NCBI GenBank assembly: GCA_965262615.1
Contig: OZ253545.1
Span: 1,478,259-1,542,258, forward strand
Direction of reading: 5' to 3'
Source of the DNA: Alphaproteobacteria bacterium
Lineage (GTDB): Bacteria > Pseudomonadota > Alphaproteobacteria > GM7ARS4 > G965262615
DNA length: 64,000 nt
Shown: one piece after another, positions 30,803 through 38,580 of the stretch
How the letters are laid out: each line of letters opens with the position of its first letter
How positions within the stretch are numbered: position 1 is the first letter of the stretch
Notes under the pieces: generated by a model
Seen by the model: only the letters and a program-made list of their open reading frames with translations
Told to the model about the DNA's origin: nothing
Database searches by the model: none
Program-made: the position numbers and the translations under genes

Positions 30803-30859
30803 TGTTAATCACTCCTGCACTGATATAGTACATAGCATAATGGGGAGGTCAAAAACATC

Positions 30860-31462
30860 ATGTATTTCAATATAGGACAACGCCTTGTTCTTGCAACACA
30901 CAATCAAGGCAAGGTGAGGGAAATCGGAGCGATGCTGCGTCCCCATCGCCTCACCGTGATTGATGCTTCAAGCGCGTCTGTGCCCGAACCCATAGAAGAT
31001 GGTGACAGTTTTGAAGCCAATGCCTTGCTGAAATCTCGCCATGCGGCACGGCTGAGCGGCTTGCCCGCCCTTGCCGATGATTCCGGACTTGCCGTCACGG
31101 CTCTGGACGGTGCACCCGGTATCTATTCGGCACGCTACGGCGGACCAGGACAGCCCTTCAGCAAAGCCATTGAACGAGTGCTCGCCGAACTCTCAGACCA
31201 CACCGACCGAAGCGCGCGCTTTATCTCGGTGCTTGCCCTCACTTATGAAAGTGGCGGCAGAGAATACAGTCACTGCTTTGGTGGCTCGGTGCTGGGAAGC
31301 ATCACCCACCAGCCCATCGGCGAACACGGATTTGGCTATGACCCCATCTTTATCCCTCAGCACCACCAACTGAGCTTTGCCCAAATGCCGCAAGAAACCA
31401 AAAACACCATCTCGCATCGCGCCCGCTCGTTCCAATTGTTTCGCCATGCCATGTTGCCGTGA
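30860..31462 (+). CDS. rdgB: dITP/XTP pyrophosphatase
   Basis: ATHNQGK, ADDSGL, APGIYSARY, FGYDPIF, SHR. Confidence 0.95.
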   Translation: MYFNIGQRLVLATHNQGKVREIGAMLRPHRLTVIDASSASVPEPIEDGDSFEANALLKSRHAARLSGLPALADDSGLAVTALDGAPGIYSARYGGPGQPFSKAIERVLAELSDHTDRSARFISVLALTYESGGREYSHCFGGSVLGSITHQPIGEHGFGYDPIFIPQHHQLSFAQMPQETKNTISHRARSFQLFRHAMLP

Positions 31463-31730
31463 ATCACAATCCTCGCCTCTGGCACTTTATGTCCATTTTC
31501 CCTACTGCCATCACAAAAGTGGCGGCAAGGAATACAGTCACTGCTTTGGTGGCTCGGTGCTGGGAAGCATTGCCCTCCAGCCCATCGGCGAACACGGATT
31601 TGGCTATGACCCCATCTTTATTCCTCAGCACCACCAACTGAGCTTTGCCCAAATGCCGCAAGAAACCAAAAACACCATCTCGCATCGCGCCCGCTCGTTC
31701 CAATTGTTTCGCCATGCCATGTTGCCGTGA
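31446..31730 (+). CDS. Chimeric HemW-N/RdgB-C mini-ORF 1 (94 aa)
   Basis: MPCCRES..YCHH fused in frame to KSGG..FGYDP..SHR..MLP. Confidence 0.5.
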   Translation: MPCCRESQSSPLALYVHFPYCHHKSGGKEYSHCFGGSVLGSIALQPIGEHGFGYDPIFIPQHHQLSFAQMPQETKNTISHRARSFQLFRHAMLP

Positions 31731-31998
31731 ATCACAATCCTCGCCTCTGGCACTTTATGTCCATTTTCCCTACTGCCATCACAAAAGTGGCGGCAAGCAA
31801 TACAGTCACTGCTTTGGTGGCTCGGTGCTGGGAAGCATCACCCACCATCCCATCGGCGAACACGGATTTGGCTATGACCCCATCTTTATTCCTCAGCACC
31901 ACCGACTGAGCTTTGCCCAAATGCCGCAAGAAACCAAAAACACCATCTCTCATCGTGCCCGCTCGTTCCAATTGTTTCGCCATGCCATGTTGCCGTGA
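31714..31998 (+). CDS. Chimeric HemW-N/RdgB-C mini-ORF 2
   Basis: Same structure as mini-ORF 1, variant residues. Confidence 0.5.
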   Translation: MPCCRESQSSPLALYVHFPYCHHKSGGKQYSHCFGGSVLGSITHHPIGEHGFGYDPIFIPQHHRLSFAQMPQETKNTISHRARSFQLFRHAMLP

Positions 31999-32266
31999 AT
32001 CACAATCTGACCCTCTGGCACTTTATGTGCATTTTCCCTACTGCCATCACAAAAGTGGCGGCAAGCAATACAGTCACTGCTTTGGTGGCTCGGTGCTGGG
32101 AAACATTGCCCACCAGCCCATCGGCGAACACGGATTTGGCTATGACCCCATCTTTATTCCTCAGCACCACCGACTGAGCTTTGCCCAAATGCCGCAAGAA
32201 ACCAAAAACACCATCTCCCATCGTGCCCGCTCGTTCCAATTGTTTCGCCATGCCATGTTGCCGTGA
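31982..32266 (+). CDS. Chimeric HemW-N/RdgB-C mini-ORF 3
   Basis: Same structure as mini-ORF 1, variant residues. Confidence 0.5.
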   Translation: MPCCRESQSDPLALYVHFPYCHHKSGGKQYSHCFGGSVLGNIAHQPIGEHGFGYDPIFIPQHHRLSFAQMPQETKNTISHRARSFQLFRHAMLP

Positions 32267-33419
32267 ATCACAATCCTCGCCTCTGGCACTTTATGTGCAT
32301 TTTCCCTACTGCCATCACATCTGTCCCTATTGCCATCTTCATAAAAGTCTCAATCACGCCATTGATGAAAAACGCGTTCTATCTGCCTATGAGGCACAAT
32401 TATCATATCTGGCGGCACATGTGCCACTGCGTCCTGTCACCAGTGTTTTTTTCGGCGGCGGTACGCCTTCATTGATGTCCCACCACATGTGTGCTCGCTT
32501 GCTGGAACGCATCAGTCATTATTGCGGTATTCATGATGATGCCGAAATCACATGTGAGTTTCATCCATCCCATCATGAGCAATTGGCGAGTTTCAAAGCG
32601 GCTGGTATCAACCGAATTTCCATCGCCGCCGAAGCTTTCACTGACAAAGGACTGCAAACGCTTGGTCGTCCCTACGACACGACCGCCATCATCACCATGC
32701 TGCAAAAAGCCCAACGCCTCTATGACCATGTCTCGTGTGACTTCATCCATAGCCGTCCTCATCAAACGCTTGCCCAGTGGCAAGAGGAACTGCACGCCAT
32801 CATTGCCCTTGGGTGTGACCATCTCTCTCTTTACGAGCTCACGCTGGATGGCGGCAGTGTGTTTGGCAAACAACACGCTCAAGGCATTCTGAAGACTCAC
32901 GATGAAAGCAAGGCGCGTCAGTTTTATGACGAAACCCACAAAATCATGACATCCGCGGGGTATCATCAGTATGAGATTTCCAATTATGCGCGTGACCATC
33001 ACGAAAGCCGTCATAATCTTTCCTATTGGCGTTACGAGCCGTCCATTGCCATTGGCGCGAGTGGTGCGGGACGCATGGACACCTCAGACGGCGCGCGCAT
33101 TGCTTTGCGCGCCATCTGTCACGCCGCCACATGGCTTGAGGCGGTGGAGCAAGGAGACAGTGGCTACGATGAATGGCACACGCTCTGTGCCACAGAAATG
33201 GCTCGGGAGATTTTTCTCACCCAGCTGCGCCTGAGCGTGGGTCTGTCATTGACACGCCTTCATGAGCTCACGGGCGGCGGTCTTGACCAGTGGTGCGATA
33301 TGAGTGCCCTCCAACGCCTGCAACACGGCGGATGGCTCACATGCACTCCAACACATTTGCGCCTCACCCATGATGGACGCGCTGTGTTTAATGAAGTGCT
33401 GGCACAGCTACTCCTCTGA
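32250..33419 (+). CDS. hemW: Radical SAM heme chaperone HemW (HemN-like)
   Basis: LYVHFPYCHHICPYC, FFGGGTPS, HLSLYELT, YEISNYA, HNLSYW. Confidence 0.88.
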   Translation: MPCCRESQSSPLALYVHFPYCHHICPYCHLHKSLNHAIDEKRVLSAYEAQLSYLAAHVPLRPVTSVFFGGGTPSLMSHHMCARLLERISHYCGIHDDAEITCEFHPSHHEQLASFKAAGINRISIAAEAFTDKGLQTLGRPYDTTAIITMLQKAQRLYDHVSCDFIHSRPHQTLAQWQEELHAIIALGCDHLSLYELTLDGGSVFGKQHAQGILKTHDESKARQFYDETHKIMTSAGYHQYEISNYARDHHESRHNLSYWRYEPSIAIGASGAGRMDTSDGARIALRAICHAATWLEAVEQGDSGYDEWHTLCATEMAREIFLTQLRLSVGLSLTRLHELTGGGLDQWCDMSALQRLQHGGWLTCTPTHLRLTHDGRAVFNEVLAQLLL

Positions 33420-34673
33420 GGAGCCGCGTGTTCCTTGATAAATCAGTTCCCGCTTGGGCTGTTCAATGATGCGGGGGCCTTTTCTTGTCATTTCATAAAT
33501 AGCCAGAGCTCGTTCAACAAATCCCTTGTCGTTAAGACGAAAAAATCCATTCACTCCCTTATAGCCGCGCGGCAGTGTCAGACGCTCCACCGTGATGTCC
33601 CCCGTGCGTGACAGATTGAGAACCAAAGACAACGCATCATACACAATGGAAGCAATGCGGGTGGGCGATTGCTCAAAGGTCTCGCGAAAGCGTCTTTGAA
33701 AATTGCGGCGCGGTGTAATCAGGGTTGAGACAAACCATCCGCCGCGCAAAGATGGATCGCCAAACAATGTTTCATCCTCCCAGATGCTCGTTCCCAAAAA
33801 CAACACATCAGGCGGTGAGGCTTGAGAAAACGCCAAAAAAGCGGTGGCTGACAATAAATCCTGCCCCCCCATCGGCAGCAACACCGCATCAAAAGGCAGG
33901 GCAATCTGTCGCCGCAAGTCCTGAATAACGGGAACATCCTCTTTGGATTTCACATCCAGCTGCAAACGCTCCCGCCACTGTTCAAACAGGATATCCCTTT
34001 TATCAAAAGAGGCAAACTCATTGATTTGATCAAACACGCGATTGATGCGTCCCTTATAAAACAAGCGGCGCGTGACCAAAACATCATTTTCTTTGGCAAA
34101 AATGTCCAGCACCGCTTCCGCGAGACGCGCGTATTCATCGTCCGATGCCAAAATGGCGAATCGCCGCGCCCCCTGTTCAAACGCGTAACGCACGATGCGC
34201 GCCGCATCCTCATAGGGATCATAGCCCATCATGAAAATATTGCTGGCGGCATAATTGAAATTAGAACTCAGTGCCAGCACCGGGATGCCCTCACGAATGG
34301 CATCATCGTAGATTGCCGCCACTTCTTCCGAAAACAAGGGCCCGATGATGACATCCGCGCCCTGTGCAACAGCATCCCCGAATGCCTCCTGTGCCTTAGA
34401 GGCATAGCCCTCCGTGTCATAGGGCTGCAGACGAATATAATCCGCGCCGTAATCAAATAATGCCAGCTCCGCGGCGGCGCGCAGATTATCACCCAAAGCC
34501 TTCCACTCCCCCGACAAAGGCAGAAGCAGTGCGATGGTGACGGTATCCTCCTTATTGGCTGGCGCAACGGCATCATCATTTTGCGCGTGTGCCATGCCGC
34601 TCGCCATGAGCAGAGTCAGCAGAACAGTCAGCAGAACCGTCAGCAGAACCGTCAATTGTGTCAGTTTTTTCAT
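33408..34673 (-). CDS. Penicillin-binding protein activator (LpoA/LppC-like periplasmic-binding fold)
   Basis: IALLLPLSG, AAELALFD, IIGPLFS, GVNGFFR..G.VERALAI; divergent from rsmI. Confidence 0.85.
   Translation of the reverse strand: MKKLTQLTVLLTVLLTVLLTLLMASGMAHAQNDDAVAPANKEDTVTIALLLPLSGEWKALGDNLRAAAELALFDYGADYIRLQPYDTEGYASKAQEAFGDAVAQGADVIIGPLFSEEVAAIYDDAIREGIPVLALSSNFNYAASNIFMMGYDPYEDAARIVRYAFEQGARRFAILASDDEYARLAEAVLDIFAKENDVLVTRRLFYKGRINRVFDQINEFASFDKRDILFEQWRERLQLDVKSKEDVPVIQDLRRQIALPFDAVLLPMGGQDLLSATAFLAFSQASPPDVLFLGTSIWEDETLFGDPSLRGGWFVSTLITPRRNFQRRFRETFEQSPTRIASIVYDALSLVLNLSRTGDITVERLTLPRGYKGVNGFFRLNDKGFVERALAIYEMTRKGPRIIEQPKRELIYQGTRGSSEE
34615..34654. repeat. 12-bp tandem repeat x3 (VLLT) in signal peptide
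   Basis: GTCAGCAGAAC(A/C) at 34615, 34627, 34639. Confidence 0.9.
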
Positions 34674-34712
34674 TTCCTTTGCCGCAACCCAAAATTATGA
34701 TAAAGAGCCATC

Positions 34713-35441
34713 ATGATGACAACTCCCATCATAAAGCAGGCGTCCGTGGAACTCAACGCTGGATTGTATGTTGTGGCGACTCCCATTGGTCATAGCGAAG
34801 ATATTACTCTGCGCGCCTTGAATGTTTTGACTCATGCCTCGGTGATTGCCTGTGAAGACACGCGCCACACCAAACGCTTGCTGTCCATTCATGGCATCAC
34901 GACTCCTTGCACGATTTATCATCAGCACAATGCCTCGCGAGTGACCAAAAATCTGCTGGAACGCATGAGCCAGGGCGATGCCATTGCCTTGGTGAGTGAT
35001 GCCGGCATGCCCACAATTTCAGACCCTGGCAGATGTCTGATTGATGCCTGTCACGAAGCGGGCATTGGCTGCACGGTGATTCCGGGGGCGAGTGCCATCA
35101 CGACGGCTCTGGCTGCCAGTGGCTTGGCGGCGGATGTGTTTTATTTTGCCGGTTTTGCGCCGCGCAAACAAGGAGCACGAAAACAATGGCTGACTCGTCT
35201 GTCGCACTATGATGGCGCGCTGGTGCTGTTTGAATCCCCCCATCGCCTGCTTGCCTGCCTTGCCGATTGCGCGACAATTTTTCCCACCCGCCAAGCAGCG
35301 GTCGGACGAGAAATGACAAAAAAACACGAAGAAATCAAACGAGGACTGCTCTCAGATCTTCACGCCCAGTACCAAAATTATGAACGCATTCGCGGCGAAT
35401 GCACAATTGTAATTAGTGGCAAGGAGCACGGCGGTGCATAA
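34713..35441 (+). CDS. rsmI: 16S rRNA (C1402) 2'-O-methyltransferase
   Basis: LYVVATPIG, CEDTR, VSDAGMPTISDPG, FESPHRL, REMTK. Confidence 0.95.
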   Translation: MMTTPIIKQASVELNAGLYVVATPIGHSEDITLRALNVLTHASVIACEDTRHTKRLLSIHGITTPCTIYHQHNASRVTKNLLERMSQGDAIALVSDAGMPTISDPGRCLIDACHEAGIGCTVIPGASAITTALAASGLAADVFYFAGFAPRKQGARKQWLTRLSHYDGALVLFESPHRLLACLADCATIFPTRQAAVGREMTKKHEEIKRGLLSDLHAQYQNYERIRGECTIVISGKEHGGA

Positions 35442-35787
35442 AAAAACGCGCGCTCGTCTGAGAGGTCTTTGGGGTGAGTATTACGCCATGTTGTATTTGT
35501 TCCTGCGTGGCTATCGCATTGTGCATCACAATTGGCGATGCCCTTTGGGTGAGATTGATATCATCGCTCGGCGCGGCAGCCATCTGGCGATGATTGAGGT
35601 GAAACATCATGAGTTCTACGATGATGCCGCGCCTGCGGTGTCAACTCGCCAGCAGTCGCGCATTGTGCGGGCGGCGGGCATGTATCTGACATCTCATCGC
35701 CGCATCACCAATGACACCATTTCATTTGATGCCATTGTCTTGCACGGATGGTGGCGACTGCATCACATACCCAACGCATGGCAATAA
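35434..35787 (+). CDS. yraN: YraN family protein
   Basis: GEIDIIA, IEVK, FDAI, HIPNAW; follows rsmI. Confidence 0.9.
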   Translation: MHKKTRARLRGLWGEYYAMLYLFLRGYRIVHHNWRCPLGEIDIIARRGSHLAMIEVKHHEFYDDAAPAVSTRQQSRIVRAAGMYLTSHRRITNDTISFDAIVLHGWWRLHHIPNAWQ

Positions 35788-35974
35788 AAACGACAACAAA
35801 AACAACTTTGCGTCATCATTCGCGCATTGTGCGGGCGGCGGGCATGTATCTGGCATCTCATGCTCGCGCCACCAATGACACCATTTCATTTGATGCCATT
35901 GTCTTGCACGGCTGGTGGCGACTGCATCATGTCCCCAACGCATGGCAATAAAAACGGCAATAAAAAACAACTTT
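35647..35974 (+). repeat. 164-bp tandem duplication of the yraN 3' end; second copy forms mini-ORF 35778-35951
   Basis: TCGCGCATTGTGCGG at 35656 and 35820; diverged copies. Confidence 0.92.
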
Positions 35975-36017
35975 AAGTCATAAAAACTCTTGACAAAGAA
36001 ACGGGTCATCTTATGTA

Positions 36018-36209
36018 TTGCCAGTGCATCATGACCATGACATCAGCGATTCGCTCTGTGCTTTGGCACAGTATTTTTATGCCGCCTCAGAACAGCAGGA
36101 ATCATTGCTTTTGGACGACAAAGCCTTGGCATCGCTGTCTTATCTGTTGTGCCAGTTGGCTCTGCAGGCGGTGGATTTGGAGGAAGTTCATGACCAGTGC
36201 ATCCATTGA
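36018..36209 (+). CDS. Small hypothetical protein, possibly phage-derived
   Basis: 63-aa helical ORF overlapping the start of the Mor-like gene; TTGACA at 35990 upstream. Confidence 0.4.
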   Translation: MPVHHDHDISDSLCALAQYFYAASEQQESLLLDDKALASLSYLLCQLALQAVDLEEVHDQCIH

Positions 36210-36546
36210 GCATCTTCATCAACAAATCAAAAATCGCCTGCCTCCCGTTCTGGAAGAGATTGCCGAGATTGCGGGCGTTGAGGTTGCCCTCAATCTTGCC
36301 CTTCAAGGTGGCGGACGGCGACTGCGTGTGCCGCGCGAAGCCACTGGCAGTCGCCTTGCCTCATGGGTGGGAAGCGATGCCGCGACGCGCATCGCTCAAC
36401 ACATGAGCTACATGTATTTTGAAATTCCGCAAGCCAAATCGGCGTGTGCCTTGTGGATGCGTCATCAAGGCAAGAGTGTTGAAGACATCGCCTACAGTCT
36501 CAAATCCACTCGGCGTTCCGTGCAAAATTGGCTCAATGGCACATGA
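36190..36546 (+). CDS. Mor/C-like transcriptional activator of Mu-like phages
   Basis: LP.VLEEIAEIAG...AL.L....GG..L.VP and C-terminal HTH GKSVEDIAYSL..TRRSV; SD GGAGG. Confidence 0.8.
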   Translation: MTSASIEHLHQQIKNRLPPVLEEIAEIAGVEVALNLALQGGGRRLRVPREATGSRLASWVGSDAATRIAQHMSYMYFEIPQAKSACALWMRHQGKSVEDIAYSLKSTRRSVQNWLNGT

Positions 36547-36598
36547 CGGCGTTATCTTTCACCTCGCGCATCTCTCACTTTCAGCCTATATCAGCCTC

Positions 36599-36904
36599 AT
36601 GACCGACCCCATCACCATTGATATCAATCTGCTTGTTCTCTTGTGGGAGGTGACTCTTGCCGTCATAACGGCGGTTGCCTTTTTGGGCATGTGGCTGTTT
36701 CGCCGTCAATTATCACAGACTCAGGTCATCAATCAGGTTGAAAAGCGCGTGGTGTGCATGGAAGAGCGTCTGAATAATGTTCCCACCAAGGCGGCTGTGG
36801 CGCGCATCGCAGGCGATGTGCGCGCGCTGTCGCAGCTGCTGCAGCGCATTGAGCGTTGCATTGAGCGCATTGATCACGCCGTGAAAGACTCTCAATCGTC
36901 ATGA
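36599..36904 (+). CDS. DUF2730-like (Mu gp25-like) membrane protein
   Basis: N-terminal TM, RV..MEERL..VPT, coiled coil; position before terminase genes. Confidence 0.7.
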   Translation: MTDPITIDINLLVLLWEVTLAVITAVAFLGMWLFRRQLSQTQVINQVEKRVVCMEERLNNVPTKAAVARIAGDVRALSQLLQRIERCIERIDHAVKDSQSS

Positions 36905-37143
36905 CACAGCGTCCGCCTCTTGCCGAACACATTGAACAATTGATTTTTGATTATAGCCGTCATCCCGATGAGCCGATGACCAGCGCCGATTTGCATCAGC
37001 TGGCGCGAGCGGCAAAAGAATTGGCAACGGCGCGCCACATTCATGAAAAGCAGCCTCCCGATTCGGCATCCAAAAAAAGCAAAGGGCTCTCCAAAAAAAC
37101 CCTGCAGCTGATAGAGCATGACATTCTCGGCATCAAACGATGA
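36901..37143 (+). CDS. Shortened Mu gp27/DUF3486-like small terminase
   Basis: C-terminal KGLS..T...I...ILGI; only 80 aa; overlaps TerL start. Confidence 0.65.
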   Translation: MTQRPPLAEHIEQLIFDYSRHPDEPMTSADLHQLARAAKELATARHIHEKQPPDSASKKSKGLSKKTLQLIEHDILGIKR

Positions 37144-38563
37144 GGCGGCGCAGCGTCCTGCTCTGGCGTTGATTTCGGCTCACGCGCGGCAGGCGTATTT
37201 TCTGCCGTATCAGGAGATGTGGCTGCGAGATTCTTCTCGTCTGAAAATATGGGTGAAATCTCGGCGTATTGGCGCGACCTATGTGCAAGCCTATGAAGAT
37301 GTCGCCGATGCCGCCAGTGGACGCGGCATGGATGTGTGGTTTTCCTCCGCCGATGAATCCGCCGCCAAAGAGTATATTCGCTATTGCATTCACTGGGCGG
37401 AATTGCTCAATCTCGCCGCGCAAGATTTAGGAGAAATTGCCCTTGATGCCGACAATGGCGTCAAGGCACAGGCACTGTCGTTTGCCAATGGTCATCGCAT
37501 TCATGGCATCAGCAGCAATCCGCGCGCCTTTCGCTCCAAGGGAGGCAAGTTGGTTTTGGATGAGTTTGCCTTTCATCAAGATGCTCGCGCCATGTGGAAG
37601 GCTGCCGCCCCCATCGTGACTTGGGGATATCCGGTGCGTTTGATTTCCAGCTGTAACGGCAAGCATTCATTGCATCAGCAACTGAGTGAACAAGCCGACC
37701 ACAGCGATAGCCCATGGAGTCTTCACAAGACCACCATTCGTCAAGCGGTGGATCAGGGTTTGGCGGATCGCATCAAGGCGCGCCCACTCAAGCATCATGA
37801 GCGTGATGCCTTCATTGAGGAGTGTCGCGCCATTGCTGGCAATGAAGATGCCTTTCGCGAAGAGTATTTGTGTGAAGCCAGTGATTCCAAAAAAGATTTT
37901 CTGGAATGGCAGGATATCATGGCGTGTGAGCACGCCCTTGCGGGGCGTGAGGACGGTTATCAAGGAGGCATCTGTTACGGCGGCATGGATATTGGTCTGC
38001 GTCACGATCGCACGGTGATTTGGATTGTGGAACAGTGCGGTGATGTCTTTTGGACGCGAGAGGTGGTGGCGTTGCATGATTGCTCATTTGCCCAGCAGGA
38101 TGCCACACTGCACCGTCTGATGAGCCACTATCGTGTGGGACGCTTGGCGATGGATCGCACCGGCATCGGGGAGCGCAGTGTGGAGCAGTGTCAGCAACGC
38201 TATGGTCAACACTGTGTGGAGGGGGTTCATTTCACTCTTGCCAGCAAGAAAGAGATGGCGATGAGTCTCAGAAATGCCTTCATGATGCGTCAGGTGCGTA
38301 TTCCCGAAGATGAAACCATTCGCAAAGATCACCACACCATTCGCAAGACAGTCACCGCTGCGGGACATGTCCGCTTTGATGCGCGGCGCACCCAAGACGG
38401 GCATGGTGACTATTTTTGGGCTCACGCCCTTGCTTTTTATGCCGCAGGCATGGGGCAGCATCGGTATGATTATGTCAATCACCGTGCCTCACCTCTTTTT
38501 CACCGTGAATCACGGGATGCACACGCTGTGTCACCGTATTCTCGTCACACAACCATCTGGTAA
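37118..38563 (+). CDS. Mu gp28-like large terminase
   Basis: FLPYQ..W, KSRRIG, LVLDEFAFH (Walker B), nuclease GMDIG, DRTGIG, HGDYFWA. Confidence 0.92.
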   Translation: MTFSASNDEAAQRPALALISAHARQAYFLPYQEMWLRDSSRLKIWVKSRRIGATYVQAYEDVADAASGRGMDVWFSSADESAAKEYIRYCIHWAELLNLAAQDLGEIALDADNGVKAQALSFANGHRIHGISSNPRAFRSKGGKLVLDEFAFHQDARAMWKAAAPIVTWGYPVRLISSCNGKHSLHQQLSEQADHSDSPWSLHKTTIRQAVDQGLADRIKARPLKHHERDAFIEECRAIAGNEDAFREEYLCEASDSKKDFLEWQDIMACEHALAGREDGYQGGICYGGMDIGLRHDRTVIWIVEQCGDVFWTREVVALHDCSFAQQDATLHRLMSHYRVGRLAMDRTGIGERSVEQCQQRYGQHCVEGVHFTLASKKEMAMSLRNAFMMRQVRIPEDETIRKDHHTIRKTVTAAGHVRFDARRTQDGHGDYFWAHALAFYAAGMGQHRYDYVNHRASPLFHRESRDAHAVSPYSRHTTIW

Positions 38564-38580
38564 TCATAGGAGAATTGTTC

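Larger units (their letters stand above)
31248..32319 (+). repeat. 268-bp tandem repeat x4 spanning the rdgB 3' end and hemW 5' end
   Basis: Units start at 31248, 31516, 31784, 32052; substitutions only, no indels. Confidence 0.97.

Noticed and set aside
28968-30859. CIRCE operator near hrcA/dnaK
   Set aside because: No TTAGCACTC-N9-GAGTGCTAA seen; only RpoH-like promoter motifs.
31248-32319. CRISPR array or DGR template/variable repeats
   Set aside because: Units are 268 bp with no unique spacers, variation is not adenine-specific, and no cas or reverse transcriptase gene is in the window.
35647-35974. DGR TR/VR pair
   Set aside because: Several differences are at A in copy 1, but C, G and T positions also differ, and there is no RT nearby.
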